Shown here: piece by piece, positions 52,400 to 64,000 of the stretch
How the letters are laid out: each line of letters opens with the position of its first letter
Position numbering within the stretch: the stretch's first letter is position 1
Assembly: GCF_009914755.1 (NCBI RefSeq)
Contig: NC_060932.1
Length of the DNA stretch: 64,000 nt
From: the human T2T-CHM13v2.0 reference genome, Homo sapiens
Reading direction: 5' to 3' (one strand)
The notes under the pieces: model-generated
The model's input: the letters and a program-made list of their open reading frames with translations, nothing else
Database searches by the model: none
Told to the model about the DNA's origin: nothing
Made by a program: the position numbers and the translations under genes

Positions 52400-52640
52400 G
52401 AAAGCATCCCAGCTAAAAAACACAGACCCTTGGTATCCACTCCATCAGTTATGAGCTATGTAACTTTAGGAAAATGATTTGCCTTGCTCTAAGTTATAAT
52501 ATTTAGCTTTCATATTTTTAACTGCTCTGAGCTTCAGTTTTCTCCTTTGCAAAATGGGTATAATAACATCTTCTCAGAGTTGTGAAGCAAAAGGAAAAAT
52601 GCCTATAAAGTTATTGACACAGTCAATACTATCAATTACT
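52400..52640 (+). mobile_element. MIR
   Basis: ctctgagcttcagttttctcctttgcaaaatgggtataataac. Confidence 0.75.
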
Positions 52641-53559
52641 ATCACTACAGATTATTTTATGCAGTTATAGTCCTGAAGGAATCTGGTTGTTTTTTTTTTT
52701 TTACAAGACTATGAAGTTCTTTGAAGGCAAAATGCTAATTGGAAGTCCTTGATCAGTTATTTTGAGGATATATTGGTTAAAATTTAAATCATTGCAGCCC
52801 ACGGAAAAACAGATTTACACTAGAGATTGTCATAGTCAAACTAGAGGCTTTCACCAGGCCACCATGTGCAATGATGCAATGATTACAATGGCAATTGGAA
52901 AATCAAATCATCCTGGCCAGCATGTCCTTGGACAGGAAGAAGGAAAATAAGGAGGCAGTGTAATACTGAACACTGCGAAACCTTGAAGCCAATCAGGTGG
53001 CAAGGGGGCCACAATCCCAAAAACAGCATAGAGAGATAGCAGGAATAGACATAGGCAAACTGGAAAAGTTCAAATGTGGTATTCAATAAACAAATGGGAA
53101 ACTTGAGGCAAGATTGCAACAGTGAGGCCTAGGAGATCATCTTCTGTCACCACTGAAGAAGTGTTTTCTGTATCAGAAGTCTTCTGGGTGGGGTCCACAA
53201 AAAGAAAAAATAACAGCAGGAATCCCAAGAATTTGGCATCAAGAAAGATGAAATGTGGTTATCCACAGCAGAGTGAGCAGAGGCCAACCTAAAGACCAGG
53301 AGGTAGTTCAACATAAGCCCAAAACAAGAAACAGCTTCTAAGACAGTTAGAGATGATGGTCTGGGAAGGTGGGCAGATGCAGTCTCAGGTGTATCAAGGC
53401 TCTGGAAATAATAGCAACAACTGAAGGCGCCAAGCAAGTAACAACCTGGCTAAATCCCTTAGCCAGGATAATACTCAGCATGTCGCTCTCCATTATCTCC
53501 CCATATTGAATCCTTCCTTTGGCCCTGATGATTTCGCCACGGACAGATCTCTCAACATG

Positions 53560-54240
53560 TCCTTTGTCCTCCCCTTTATGCTGTCTCTACTGTAATCCAA
53601 ACCAGCCAACTTCTCTTACCAGCAACGTGCCACAGCCTCCCAACTGATCCTTGCTTACTCATTCAGCTTCCTCCTGCTGACGTATCCTTTCTAATCCATT
53701 CTTCAAACTATAGCAACAGTGATATCTTCAAAAGGCCAAAATAATCACATACACATACTCTATTTCAGGCTTGTGTTTAGCACACACCCATGACAATCTG
53801 CTGAATTTAGGATAAAGGTTAAATGAATGAATGTGGTTGCTAGGCCCCACATGGTCTGACCCTGCTTTTCTCTCTAGTTTCCTCACATACAATGCTCCTC
53901 ACAATCTCTATCCTTCTTTCTGTTCAACCCTGTGCCTGCCTTGACCAGGGCTGTTATCATCCTTTCTCTCCCTTGCTTGCTTTCCATCTAGTTTAACTCT
54001 CTTGTTACAGCTAAACTCAATCAACACTTCCTCAGAAAAGCCTTTTCTAAGTGAGTCACTGATCCTTCTTTTAGACACCACATCTCTCATCATTGTGACA
54101 TTTGTCACAAGTGAAATTTTACATCTTTTATAGGATTCTGTGACTAGAATCTATTCTCAACCCCTCCCTTCAGGCTTACTGAGGGTAGAGCCATGTTTTT
54201 TTATATTGCCCAGAACATATCTAGCACAGGTCATTCTTCA
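53560..54240 (+). mobile_element. L2 fragments
   Basis: Pyrimidine-rich L2 3' region (cacttcctcagaaaagcctt, gagggtagagccatg, atctagcacag). Confidence 0.55.
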
Positions 54241-54348
54241 AAGTGTCTATAGTTGTCTGGAGCATTCAGCCAGAATCTCTGGTTCTTTTGTCAGTTTTCT
54301 TGGTGGATATTTCTTCTCTCTTCAATGATACCTATATGAAAAGACTGG

Positions 54349-55212
<864 letters not shown>

Positions 55213-56189
55213 ACCTCTACCTCCCTTGAGTGTAAGTAACCTTGAAGGCCATTCACACTGCCCTACCAGGGTAGTGATTCTGCAGTGGATAAGAAGGCCA
55301 AGCATGGCCTCCTCAGTCAGACACTCTATCTTCTTTTCCCATGGATAAATTTTAACAATGAAACTGTTGGTGAACTCCCAGTGACTATTCCTACTGGACA
55401 TCTCTAGGCTTCTTTCTGCAGGGGCAATTGCAGCTTCTTTGTGGGGCAGCAGCTGCCTGTGACTATTCCTGTTAGAGGATCTGCTTTCTGCTTTGGCTTC
55501 TACGGTTTACAGTTCTTGGGGGCTTCTGGCCTTGGCAGTTCCCAGTAGTTCTTATCAGTGGCTCTTTTAGGGTTCTCCTTCTTCCAGTGTACCTGAACAT
55601 TAGTTATATCCCACAGCAACCAAATAGATCAAGAGTATTTCCTCCAGGGAGGTGGCTCACGCTGGGAGACTGCCGTGTCAATGTCGGTTTTGTACAGTCT
55701 TCCCCTATTGTATGAGAGAAGTGAGACCATGCAGCACTGCACTGCAACACCACACAGCAGCCCCTTCTCACTCCCTGCCTTTGCTTTTCCCTGCTTTCGG
55801 CTAAGGTGGAAAAGAATCACTAAATCTCCACTGATTTAAGATTAAAGCTCTAATATCAGTTGAAATCATCTAGGAGATGTGCAGAGAGAATCTACCTCTC
55901 AGGTACTCAAAAATCATGACGTACCCCAAATTCCTCTAAATATAGCTATCAATTCATGGGCCACTGGGACCACAAATTCAAATCAGACCCAAAAGTGTCC
56001 AAAGTGGCCTCTAGTTCCACGAGGTAGATAAGCAAACGATACACTAATAACTATTTGGTTACCCATTCAACCAAAACTGACATATCATGAGAGGCTTACC
56101 AGCTTCGGCACCAAGTCAAATTCCAATAGTTAAGAGATTGAAATGTTATGAAAGGGAAGTAGTGGAGCATCTTGGGAAAAGTACAGGTT

Positions 56190-56380
56190 ACTAAGCATGG
56201 GTACACTCGAATCAGGCATGTCTGGCTTCAAATACTACCTCTCCTGTTTACCAGTTATACAACTTTGAAAAACAACTTCTATACTCTAAATGTATGTTCC
56301 TTTGTTATTAAGAATTAGGCAATATGTGTAACATATTTACCAAATTTTTTGACATTCAAAAAAATGAGTGCTAGATGCTC
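56190..56380 (+). mobile_element. MIR
   Basis: taagcatggg...ggcttcaaatactacctct. Confidence 0.55.
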
Positions 56381-56924
56381 CTAGAATAAAGAAGTTTTGT
56401 CAGTGAATTCTTTCTAACCTACAAAACTATTCAGGAGTAAATTCCATGACAGTGAATTATTTATCATATATGGTATAGTAGGTAGATTAAATTTGTCATC
56501 AGAAGCCCTCAATTTGCCCTGTTTCTGTATCACCCCTTGAGGCCATCTGTCTCCTTCTTTTTCTTCCATAACTGATGAAATACAATTAAGAAGTGCCATG
56601 TCCCCTTGGACTAATTCATGACCCATCCTAAGATTCTGTCTGGCCTTTCCTCCTCTGATCAATTTATCTGGTCAAGATGTTAATGTGATTACATCTGTCT
56701 GGTGAAGTGGATTCAGGGAAGTTCTTAGATTACAACTCACTTCCCTCATCCAATCCAACCACTCTACACACCAAAATGCACATGTTTTCAAAAATTTAAG
56801 GTTACTATGAATGCTGAAAAAGCTTAATATAGCACTTTCTACAATGTCCTAGAAACAATGTTCTTGCTTAAGGCTTAACTGTAATCTGATTCAATCAATT
56901 CCATCAAATAATAATTAAAACCAG

Positions 56925-57070
56925 CATTTACTGGGTATTTTATATGTGGCAGTCACTGTAGCATGTATCATCTCATCTAATCTTCACCATAATCATATAA
57001 GCTAAATATGATCATTATATCCATTTTAAAGATGAGACAATTGGGGTACAGAATACTTAACCAGGCTTGA
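56925..57070 (-). mobile_element. MIR
   Basis: catttactggg...tctcatctaatcttca...ccattttaaagatgagacaattgggg. Confidence 0.7.
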
Positions 57071-57911
57071 CTGAGTTAGTTCCTTAAGCAGGAAAGCCAT
57101 CTGTTTATTGTTTACCCAAACTTCCCAATTTTCAAATGATTCACATAAATTTCTATAGCTTATAATGCTCTCTATGCAAGTGAGTTAAAAGCAATTTCTT
57201 CTAATGGCACCTTAAAACAGAATCACTCATTTCATTTTAATCAGGGCCCTTAAACTCAGAATTTGGATAGTTAAGAACAAAATGAAAACTATAACAAACT
57301 AAAGACTGCAGCGGCTATTATCACAATTGCAAAGCTTTAAGCGTTTTATATTTTCATATTTATTCCTCACTTTTAACTACTATATTTACTTTTTATTTAA
57401 ACACTGAAATGTGTCAATATAAATCCTTGCTATGTGCAATGAACTGGCAGGAGTAATTTAACTTTAAAACATTATAAAAATCGTAAGGAAAAGAACTATT
57501 TTTACATTTTTAGAAACTTTGATGGACTATTTTGCTGAGTGACAGTCAATGGGAGTAGACAAGCAGTGCAACGTGATTAGACAACTACCAACATACGGAG
57601 CTGTTGGATTTCTCAACCCCACGGGCAACAGAAATGGCAGAGCAGATTTTTGGGAAATTTTACACATTAGTACATAAACAGTCTGTCAAAAAATCACACT
57701 TTTCAGATGTCTACCTCCTACAGTCTTAAAGACATTACAAACTATCACAAATGTGATTTGCAAGGGAGAAGTTTCCTAGCCTCAATATAAAATGATTGTC
57801 TTCACTGACAAAGTCCAGGAATATCAAGGGAAAAATAATAAATCCATTAAAAAATTGATCTGGCAAGTGGGTTGTGCACCATTACAGCTAAAAAAAAAAA
57901 GAAAACTTAAG

Positions 57912-57915
<4 letters not shown>

Positions 57916-57952
<37 letters not shown>
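57916..57952. repeat. (TG)n microsatellite
   Basis: Direct reading. Confidence 0.95.
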
Positions 57953-57957
<5 letters not shown>

Positions 57958-59611
57958 TTCAATATATTGCCAGGAAGAGCAGATTTGAGCTATGTTGAGT
58001 TGGAAACCAGATTTGAAAAAGGACATACTAAAAAAATAAAAAGTATACTGTAAAGCAGCTCTGGAAGTATATAAAAAAGCAAAAAAATGTACTTGGCAAC
58101 AGTTTGCAAAATGAGATGAATCAAAAGCCAATTAAGAGATCAAAATATATGGAGCCAATAACATAAAAGTAGGGGTGACAATATAGTCAGCTTGGAAGCT
58201 AATTAGAATGGAGAGGTGATAATTGTATGCACTGGAGGAAGGCAAACTGTAGAGTGTTGAATGGAAATGAGGCAGAGATTGAGAAGGAAAAGATCTCAAA
58301 CACGTCTGCAGTGTCGTAGTAAATAGTCAAAAACAAAAATGTGAGAAATGAACCCCTTGGTGAGGTGAAGAAAACTTCCTTGCTAACCCTAAGGTTCATG
58401 CTGTAATAGACTCTACAAAGATTATGGTTCCTTGAAAAAAGAAAATATAGGCTAACTCTTCCCCCCCACCACCAGAAAGGAGATGCTCTTCAGTCATCTG
58501 TGCTCCCCCTCTTTTTCTTTTACAGTGGGCTTGAGTGAGTCTGAAGATTGGGGATTAGAGATCAAACTCCACTTCATTTTCTAAACTGTTATCCTGGGCC
58601 TCTTGCCAACCTTTTTTTTTTCTTTCTTTTTGGCTTATCTGGTCTCCATAGTTTTGGAGTTTTTTGTTTTTTTCCACAATAAAGTTTGATATCAGCCTAA
58701 CTTACTGCTATTCAGTTTTTCTGTATATTATTGGCCTTTCCCAGAATTTCTGTGAATTCTTGTTTCATATCTCTCCCTGATGATGACCTGCTTGGTCAGA
58801 ATGCCTGTAGAGCTTTACTCCAGATGACAAATGAAGCAAAAACAATGCCTTTCTTTTAATAAGGTTGCTGAAGTGACACAGACCATGGATAAAAAGCACC
58901 TTGAAGTTTGGTAAGATCCACAAATGAATATGTTCTCATACTCTTAACTCTCTGAGTCTCTGAACACAGCAGTTCTTAGCATGGCCTTTGCCAAAGCAAT
59001 GATATGCTTACATAAACACTTTTGCAGGTCAACTTCTGCCAAGCTGCTGCCATGAGCTCTGCCTCTGTAAACTGATTGGAAGGATGGTTGCTTCGAGGCG
59101 AATACTAGATTGCTTTTTGTTTCCTTACTTGTTTGACTCTTGCCCAGGGAAATAGTGTTACATATGAACATCTGAAAGTATTACTTAAAGAAAAAATACT
59201 AAAGCCACACTTTGTAATTTTTTCAAAACAAATGAAGTGTCAAAATTTTTTTAAAGTACACATGGGAAGAAGAACACAGGGTAGCAGGTATGCAATAAAA
59301 TAGTTATGATTCTAGCAAATAAAAAATTAATATAACATATTGAAAAAGTGAGATTTGAAGTATACTCAGGAATTAATTTAATGATATACTGAAAAGAGAT
59401 AAAACATAATTGGGTAATTCATTTTCTCCAAATAATTTATTCCTTTGGAAGACAGACAGCTCTTAACCACCCTAGCAAACTTTACAATTCTTTACTCCTT
59501 TTAAACATAAGCATTCTTACCCTCTAGAAAATATGTATTATAATTACGGCCTTACTATACTCTTTTTAGTGAACACAAAAGCAAAACAAAACATACATCA
59601 AAACCACACTG

Positions 59612-60870
59612 CCAACTTCCACTTCTGATCAAGATGAAATAAAATAGTTTACCACTTAAAACAATTTTTTTAAGCTAGACAAAAATATGAAACACCCATT
59701 TTAGAGCTGTTGAACATCATGCAACATCTGTCCTGTTTCCATGAGAAACAGTAAACAAAAGAGTTAAATCTTGTAATTTTCCTAGAAAATGGCAGAAGAC
59801 ACACATGTCTTGAGAGAATTTCCTCCAGGACATGCACAGGGTATGGGAACCAATACGGAATCTGGCAGACTCCCTGAGTTGAAGAGACAGAGCTGAGAAT
59901 TCAGGGAAACCAAAGAGACTGATGTATGCCAGGCAGAGCACTGACAAATAGAGATCTGAACACAGAGAGAATCCTAGAGATGTGTAAAGTTCCCTTTGTG
60001 TATTCAATAGAATACTGATCAGCGCATGCATGTTAGCAAACTACCCAGGGAGAGGGAAGGACCTCCTGGAAGAATTAGAAGGAGGAATACCTAGAGATTG
60101 CACAAGGCTGGGAATAGTGCCTGTTGCCAACAGCCAGAATGAAAAAATGTATGGTCCACTTAATAGAATACTCAGAACGATGTTTCTTCAATAGTGGGGA
60201 ACTAATTAGGCCTAGATGACACACAGCTGTAGTCCTCCAAAACAAATCTTTAAAAGAAAGACCTGAAAAGATCCATCTGATTCTAAGTAACTTAACTGTA
60301 TCCTACAACAAAGCTTAAAGATTCTTATAGGAATACATAGTATTAAGCACCCAACAAAATAAAATGTACCATATCTAGCTTCCAAAGTAAGATTATCAGA
60401 GTGCAAGAGGCAAAAGAATATGTTCAGTGATAAAAAGAAAACTATATTAATCAAAATTGATCTAGAATAGACATAGATAAAAGCATTAGCAGACTAGGGC
60501 CCAAAAAGTCTTATCAAAACTCTATTGCATATGTTCAAAAAGATCAAAAATTGGATATGTTAAGTAGAGATGTGGAAGACATTTTAAAATATTTAAATTG
60601 AAATTTTAAAATGGAAAACTATAGTATCTGAGATAAAATAAAGTATAGATGGGATCAAAAAGAGATGATTAGTCATTTCAGGAAAAAAAATAATGAACTT
60701 GAAAACATTAGCAGTATTAAACACACAGAAAAAAACTTTCAAAAACATAAAAAGAAAAATACATCATCCATGAGCTGTGGGATAACATCAAGTGACCTGA
60801 TATATGTGTAATAGGAATCCCTGATTTTGGAGAGGGGACACAGAGAAAGATAATTAAAGGAATAATGGCT
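59612..60870 (+). mobile_element. Old L1M (L1MC/L1ME-type) 5' region and ORF1 remnant
   Basis: cttccacttctgatcaagatg start; tgagctgtgggataacatcaagtgacctgatatatgtgtaataggaatcc. Confidence 0.7.
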
Positions 60871-61138
60871 GTTGCATGGCAAGTATAGTAGAGACAACTA
60901 ACTTGCACCAAAAATTCTTTCTCCTGTTCTATTAAGAGTTGTTGGTGCAACTGCGCCATTAGCCAAAGACTACATTTCCCAGCCCCCTTTGTATCTAGTG
61001 TGGCTGTGTGACTAGTTCCCACTAACAGAATATGAACAGAGTGATGTGTGTCACTTCTGGTCCCACCCAGGGCAAGAGATTCTCCCTCGCTTTATTCTTC
61101 TGTGGCAACCTTGAAAGTCACAGGTTGATGATGGTTGA

Positions 61139-61379
61139 TTATGTAAGCTCCAGGAAGGTGGGGATTTATGTATCAGTTGTTCACAGCTGTATCTGCTGGG
61201 TTTAGAAGAGTGCTGGCATGTAGTAAAGGTTTACTGAATAAATGCATGACTCGGGATGCAGAATGGATTAGATGGAAAGACAGGACACAATGAGCACAAC
61301 TAATAGAATTTATTAAATGCAATAATCTAAAGGAGAGAAAATAAAAACTTTAAGTAGACCAATGACAATAGAATTGAAA
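61139..61379 (+). repeat. 241-bp copy of 62328-62568
   Basis: Offset 1189 bp; 5 mismatches counted by eye. Confidence 0.95.
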
Positions 61380-61409
61380 CGCACTATGAAGCACACTATG
61401 GAAGACACC

Positions 61410-62010
61410 CTTTTAATAAAGAATTTGGATTGCCTTTGTCCTCAGTTCCTTAGAAGTAGCTTCTAAACTCTTGGGATTTCCAGGGTGACCAGATGTCTTA
61501 GTTATTTGTGGTAGGTTTCTACATAGTTTATGCTGATGATGTGACTCAGGTTGGGAATGGTCATGCCAGAAATACCAATCATGTGATTAGAGGGTTGGAG
61601 CTTTGAGCCATGTGACATCCATCTGGGAAGGGGAGGGGCACTGGAGGTTGCCTAACATTGCCAACGGTTCAATCAATCATGCCCAATAAAAACTATGGTG
61701 AGCTGGGACCCTCATAGACCTTGCTATTTGCATCTCTCTTTTTGACTAGTTCAGATTTTTATCTTTTTGCTATAATAAAACTGTAATTGTAAACATAACA
61801 CTTTCCTGAGTTCTGTGAGTTGTTCTAGTGAATTATGAAACCTGAGGGGGTAAAAGGAACCCCTAAATTGATAGCCAGCTTGTCAGACATGAGGGTGCCT
61901 TGGGGACCCCAAAACTTGTGGCTGTCTGAAGTGAGGACAGTCATGTGAAGGACTGTACCCTTAATCTGTGAAGTGTGGCCTAATTCCAGGCAGTTGGGTC
62001 AAAACCCTGC
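61410..62010 (+). mobile_element. MER21-family LTR
   Basis: ctttgtcctcagttcc...ccaatcatgtgattagagggttgg...ttcctgagttctgtgagttgttctagtgaatta. Confidence 0.8.
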
Positions 62011-62199
62011 AGAAACTATATCCTGAATCACCACATGGAAGGCTATGAGTTTTCCTGCATTAAACTATTATGTGAGCAAAACCCACCCATTTTAAAACAT
62101 TCAGTCAATGACTCTGGGGGATTTATATGTTATACCAATTACAGTTACCCTAACTGTATACCTCTTTTTTTTTCTGTTTTGTTTCCCCCCTCAAAATTT

Positions 62200-62436
62200 A
62201 TCTCCTAATGAGACATTCTCCTGTTACTCTATTTAAAATCTTAGCCCTCTTTCCTAACTTCTCACATCTCCCTCTGGTTTGTTTTACTGTTCTCTTTCAC
62301 ACTTATTACTATCACATCCCATATATTTTATGTAAGCTCCAAGAAGGTGGGGATTTATGTATCAGTTCTTCACAGCTGTATCTGCTGGGTTTAGAAGAGT
62401 GCTGGCATGTAGTAAAGGTTTACTGAATAAATGCAT
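62200..62436 (+). mobile_element. L2 3' end (source of the duplication)
   Basis: atgtaagctccaagaagg...tagaagagtgctggcatgtagta...actgaataaatg. Confidence 0.75.
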
Positions 62437-63699
62437 GACTCGGTATGCAGAATGGATTAGATGGAAAGACAGGACACAATGAGCACAACTAATAGAATTT
62501 ATTAAATGCAATAATCTAAAGGAGAGAAAATAAAAACTTTAAGTAGACTAATGACAATAGAAATGAAAGAAGGTGGTAAATGCTCAAGTCTTTCAGAGAT
62601 AGAAACCACATGGCATGAAACGTATTAAGGAACAAGGTAGTGAGAAAGATGCTAATGAAATCATCTTCAGCAACTAGACTGAGTAGAGAGAATATGAAGC
62701 AGTTAGCAGAATGATGGAAGTCAGGAATAAATATAATTTAGGAAAGATTATAAGTTCAATTTTGAATCTGGCATTTAAATTCCTTCCATAATCACATGGC
62801 CTAATCACATAGTCAAGAATGCTGCAGTCCTAAGGATAAACCCCAGGAGTTAGAGGTAGAGGAATGTTATGGGAGATATTTCCAAATGAAACAGGGATAT
62901 CACAGTTTTATGCCAATGAGATATATTGAATAACTTTCTGTGGAATGAAAAAAATTGGCAAACCAACCAGTTTTAATTCAAGGTTATTTCTCTATTTAGT
63001 TTATGTCTTTTAGAGACCCACAAGTGAACACTTAGAGAGGATTACAATGTTATTGACATTATTATATTAGAAAATCTTAGGCATAGAAATTCATTTATAA
63101 TAGACCAGTAGGGATAAGTTTACTACCTTCAGTATCTTCAAAACTCTTGAGAATTGAATGGATCTTATCTTTATGGCTGAAAATAAACCTAGAGTACTTC
63201 ATTACTGTTTCTTAATAACAAAGCCCTTTTGCAAACAAGCAGGACATGAGCAGAACTTAAGATGAGTAATCACATCCATACAGTTTAGATGATCAATCAT
63301 CTTATATATGCATAAAATATTAAACATAATGAACATGTTAGGGCACTATTGATCTATTCCAGTCCAACTCACAACAAAACATGAATGGTTTCTTAGTGAT
63401 TGAGAGCATTTATTAGACCCTAGGGTTTATACACGTGAATAAGTAGAAAGTCTTCAATGTATGACTTCCAGTAGAGATTGGGCAGCTAAACTCCTAACTC
63501 ACCAAAGAAAGAGTACAGTTAGCACTTGCTATTGAATTAATACAAAAAATCTGGTCTATAATAGGTCATATATTTACAGCTGTCCTACTTGCAGTGTCAA
63601 TGTTATAGCCTTGAATTTTATTCCATCTACAAGGATCAGAAATCAGGGATAGTCTGGCTGCCTAGCTTCCATTATAGAAATCAATCTGCACCATCTAGC

Positions 63700-63910
63700 T
63701 TTTTTTCTCAACTTCCTTGCTGTCTGCTTTTCACCCTTGCTTTTTCTTTATCCACCTTGCCTCCTTCCCTCCACGACCCTGGGGCCACATTGTACACTAT
63801 GTCACTGTATTTGTTCATGCTCTATCCTAGTCTCTCCATGTGGGATGTCTGTCCTTTCCTTCTTACCCAGAAAACTCCTACCCATCCTTTAAGGCAGAGT
63901 TTCTCCAAGT
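63700..63910 (+). mobile_element. L2 fragment
   Basis: aaactcctacccatcctttaagg in pyrimidine-rich context. Confidence 0.5.
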
Positions 63911-64000
63911 ATGGTCAGAAGAATCTAAAGCACTTGAATTCAGATAATTTGGAAAAAGTGTTAATTTTGTACAGAAATTTTTAACAATTTGAAAATCTCC

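Larger units (their letters stand above)
60885..62160 (+). mobile_element. Old MLT1 LTR split by a 241-bp duplication and a MER21 LTR
   Basis: gactacatttcccagcc...tggctgtgtgactagttc...gtgatgtgtgtcacttc; resumes at tcctgaatcaccacatgga (about 62020). Confidence 0.7.

Overview
Human-type (primate) AT-rich, repeat-dense non-coding DNA, probably intronic or intergenic. A diagnostic AluYb8 indicates human. I found no credible protein-coding gene, RNA gene or CpG island. The longer ORFs are decayed L1 ORF2 fragments, Alu or LTR read-through, or microsatellite artefacts. About half the window is transposon-derived: L1PA/L1PB/L1MA/L1MB/L1ME LINEs, 14 Alus, THE1, MER4, LTR8, LTR16, MLT1, MST and MER21 LTRs, MADE1, MIR, L2 and one CR1/L3 fragment. 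Subfamily calls come from remembered consensus motifs, not alignments. I see no evidence of a new biological system. The most notable structures are: (1) a twin-primed, 5'-inverted L1PA carrying a short 3' transduction inside a 16-bp TSD; (2) three non-consensus variants, one a nonsense codon, shared by two neighbouring L1PAs, suggesting gene conversion; (3) a 241-bp non-tandem templated duplication; (4) an inverted copy of an Alu target flank that forms a hairpin around an AT microsatellite; (5) an LTR16>L1MA>AluYb8 nest; (6) homeodomain-motif clusters and two candidate small exons in unique sequence.
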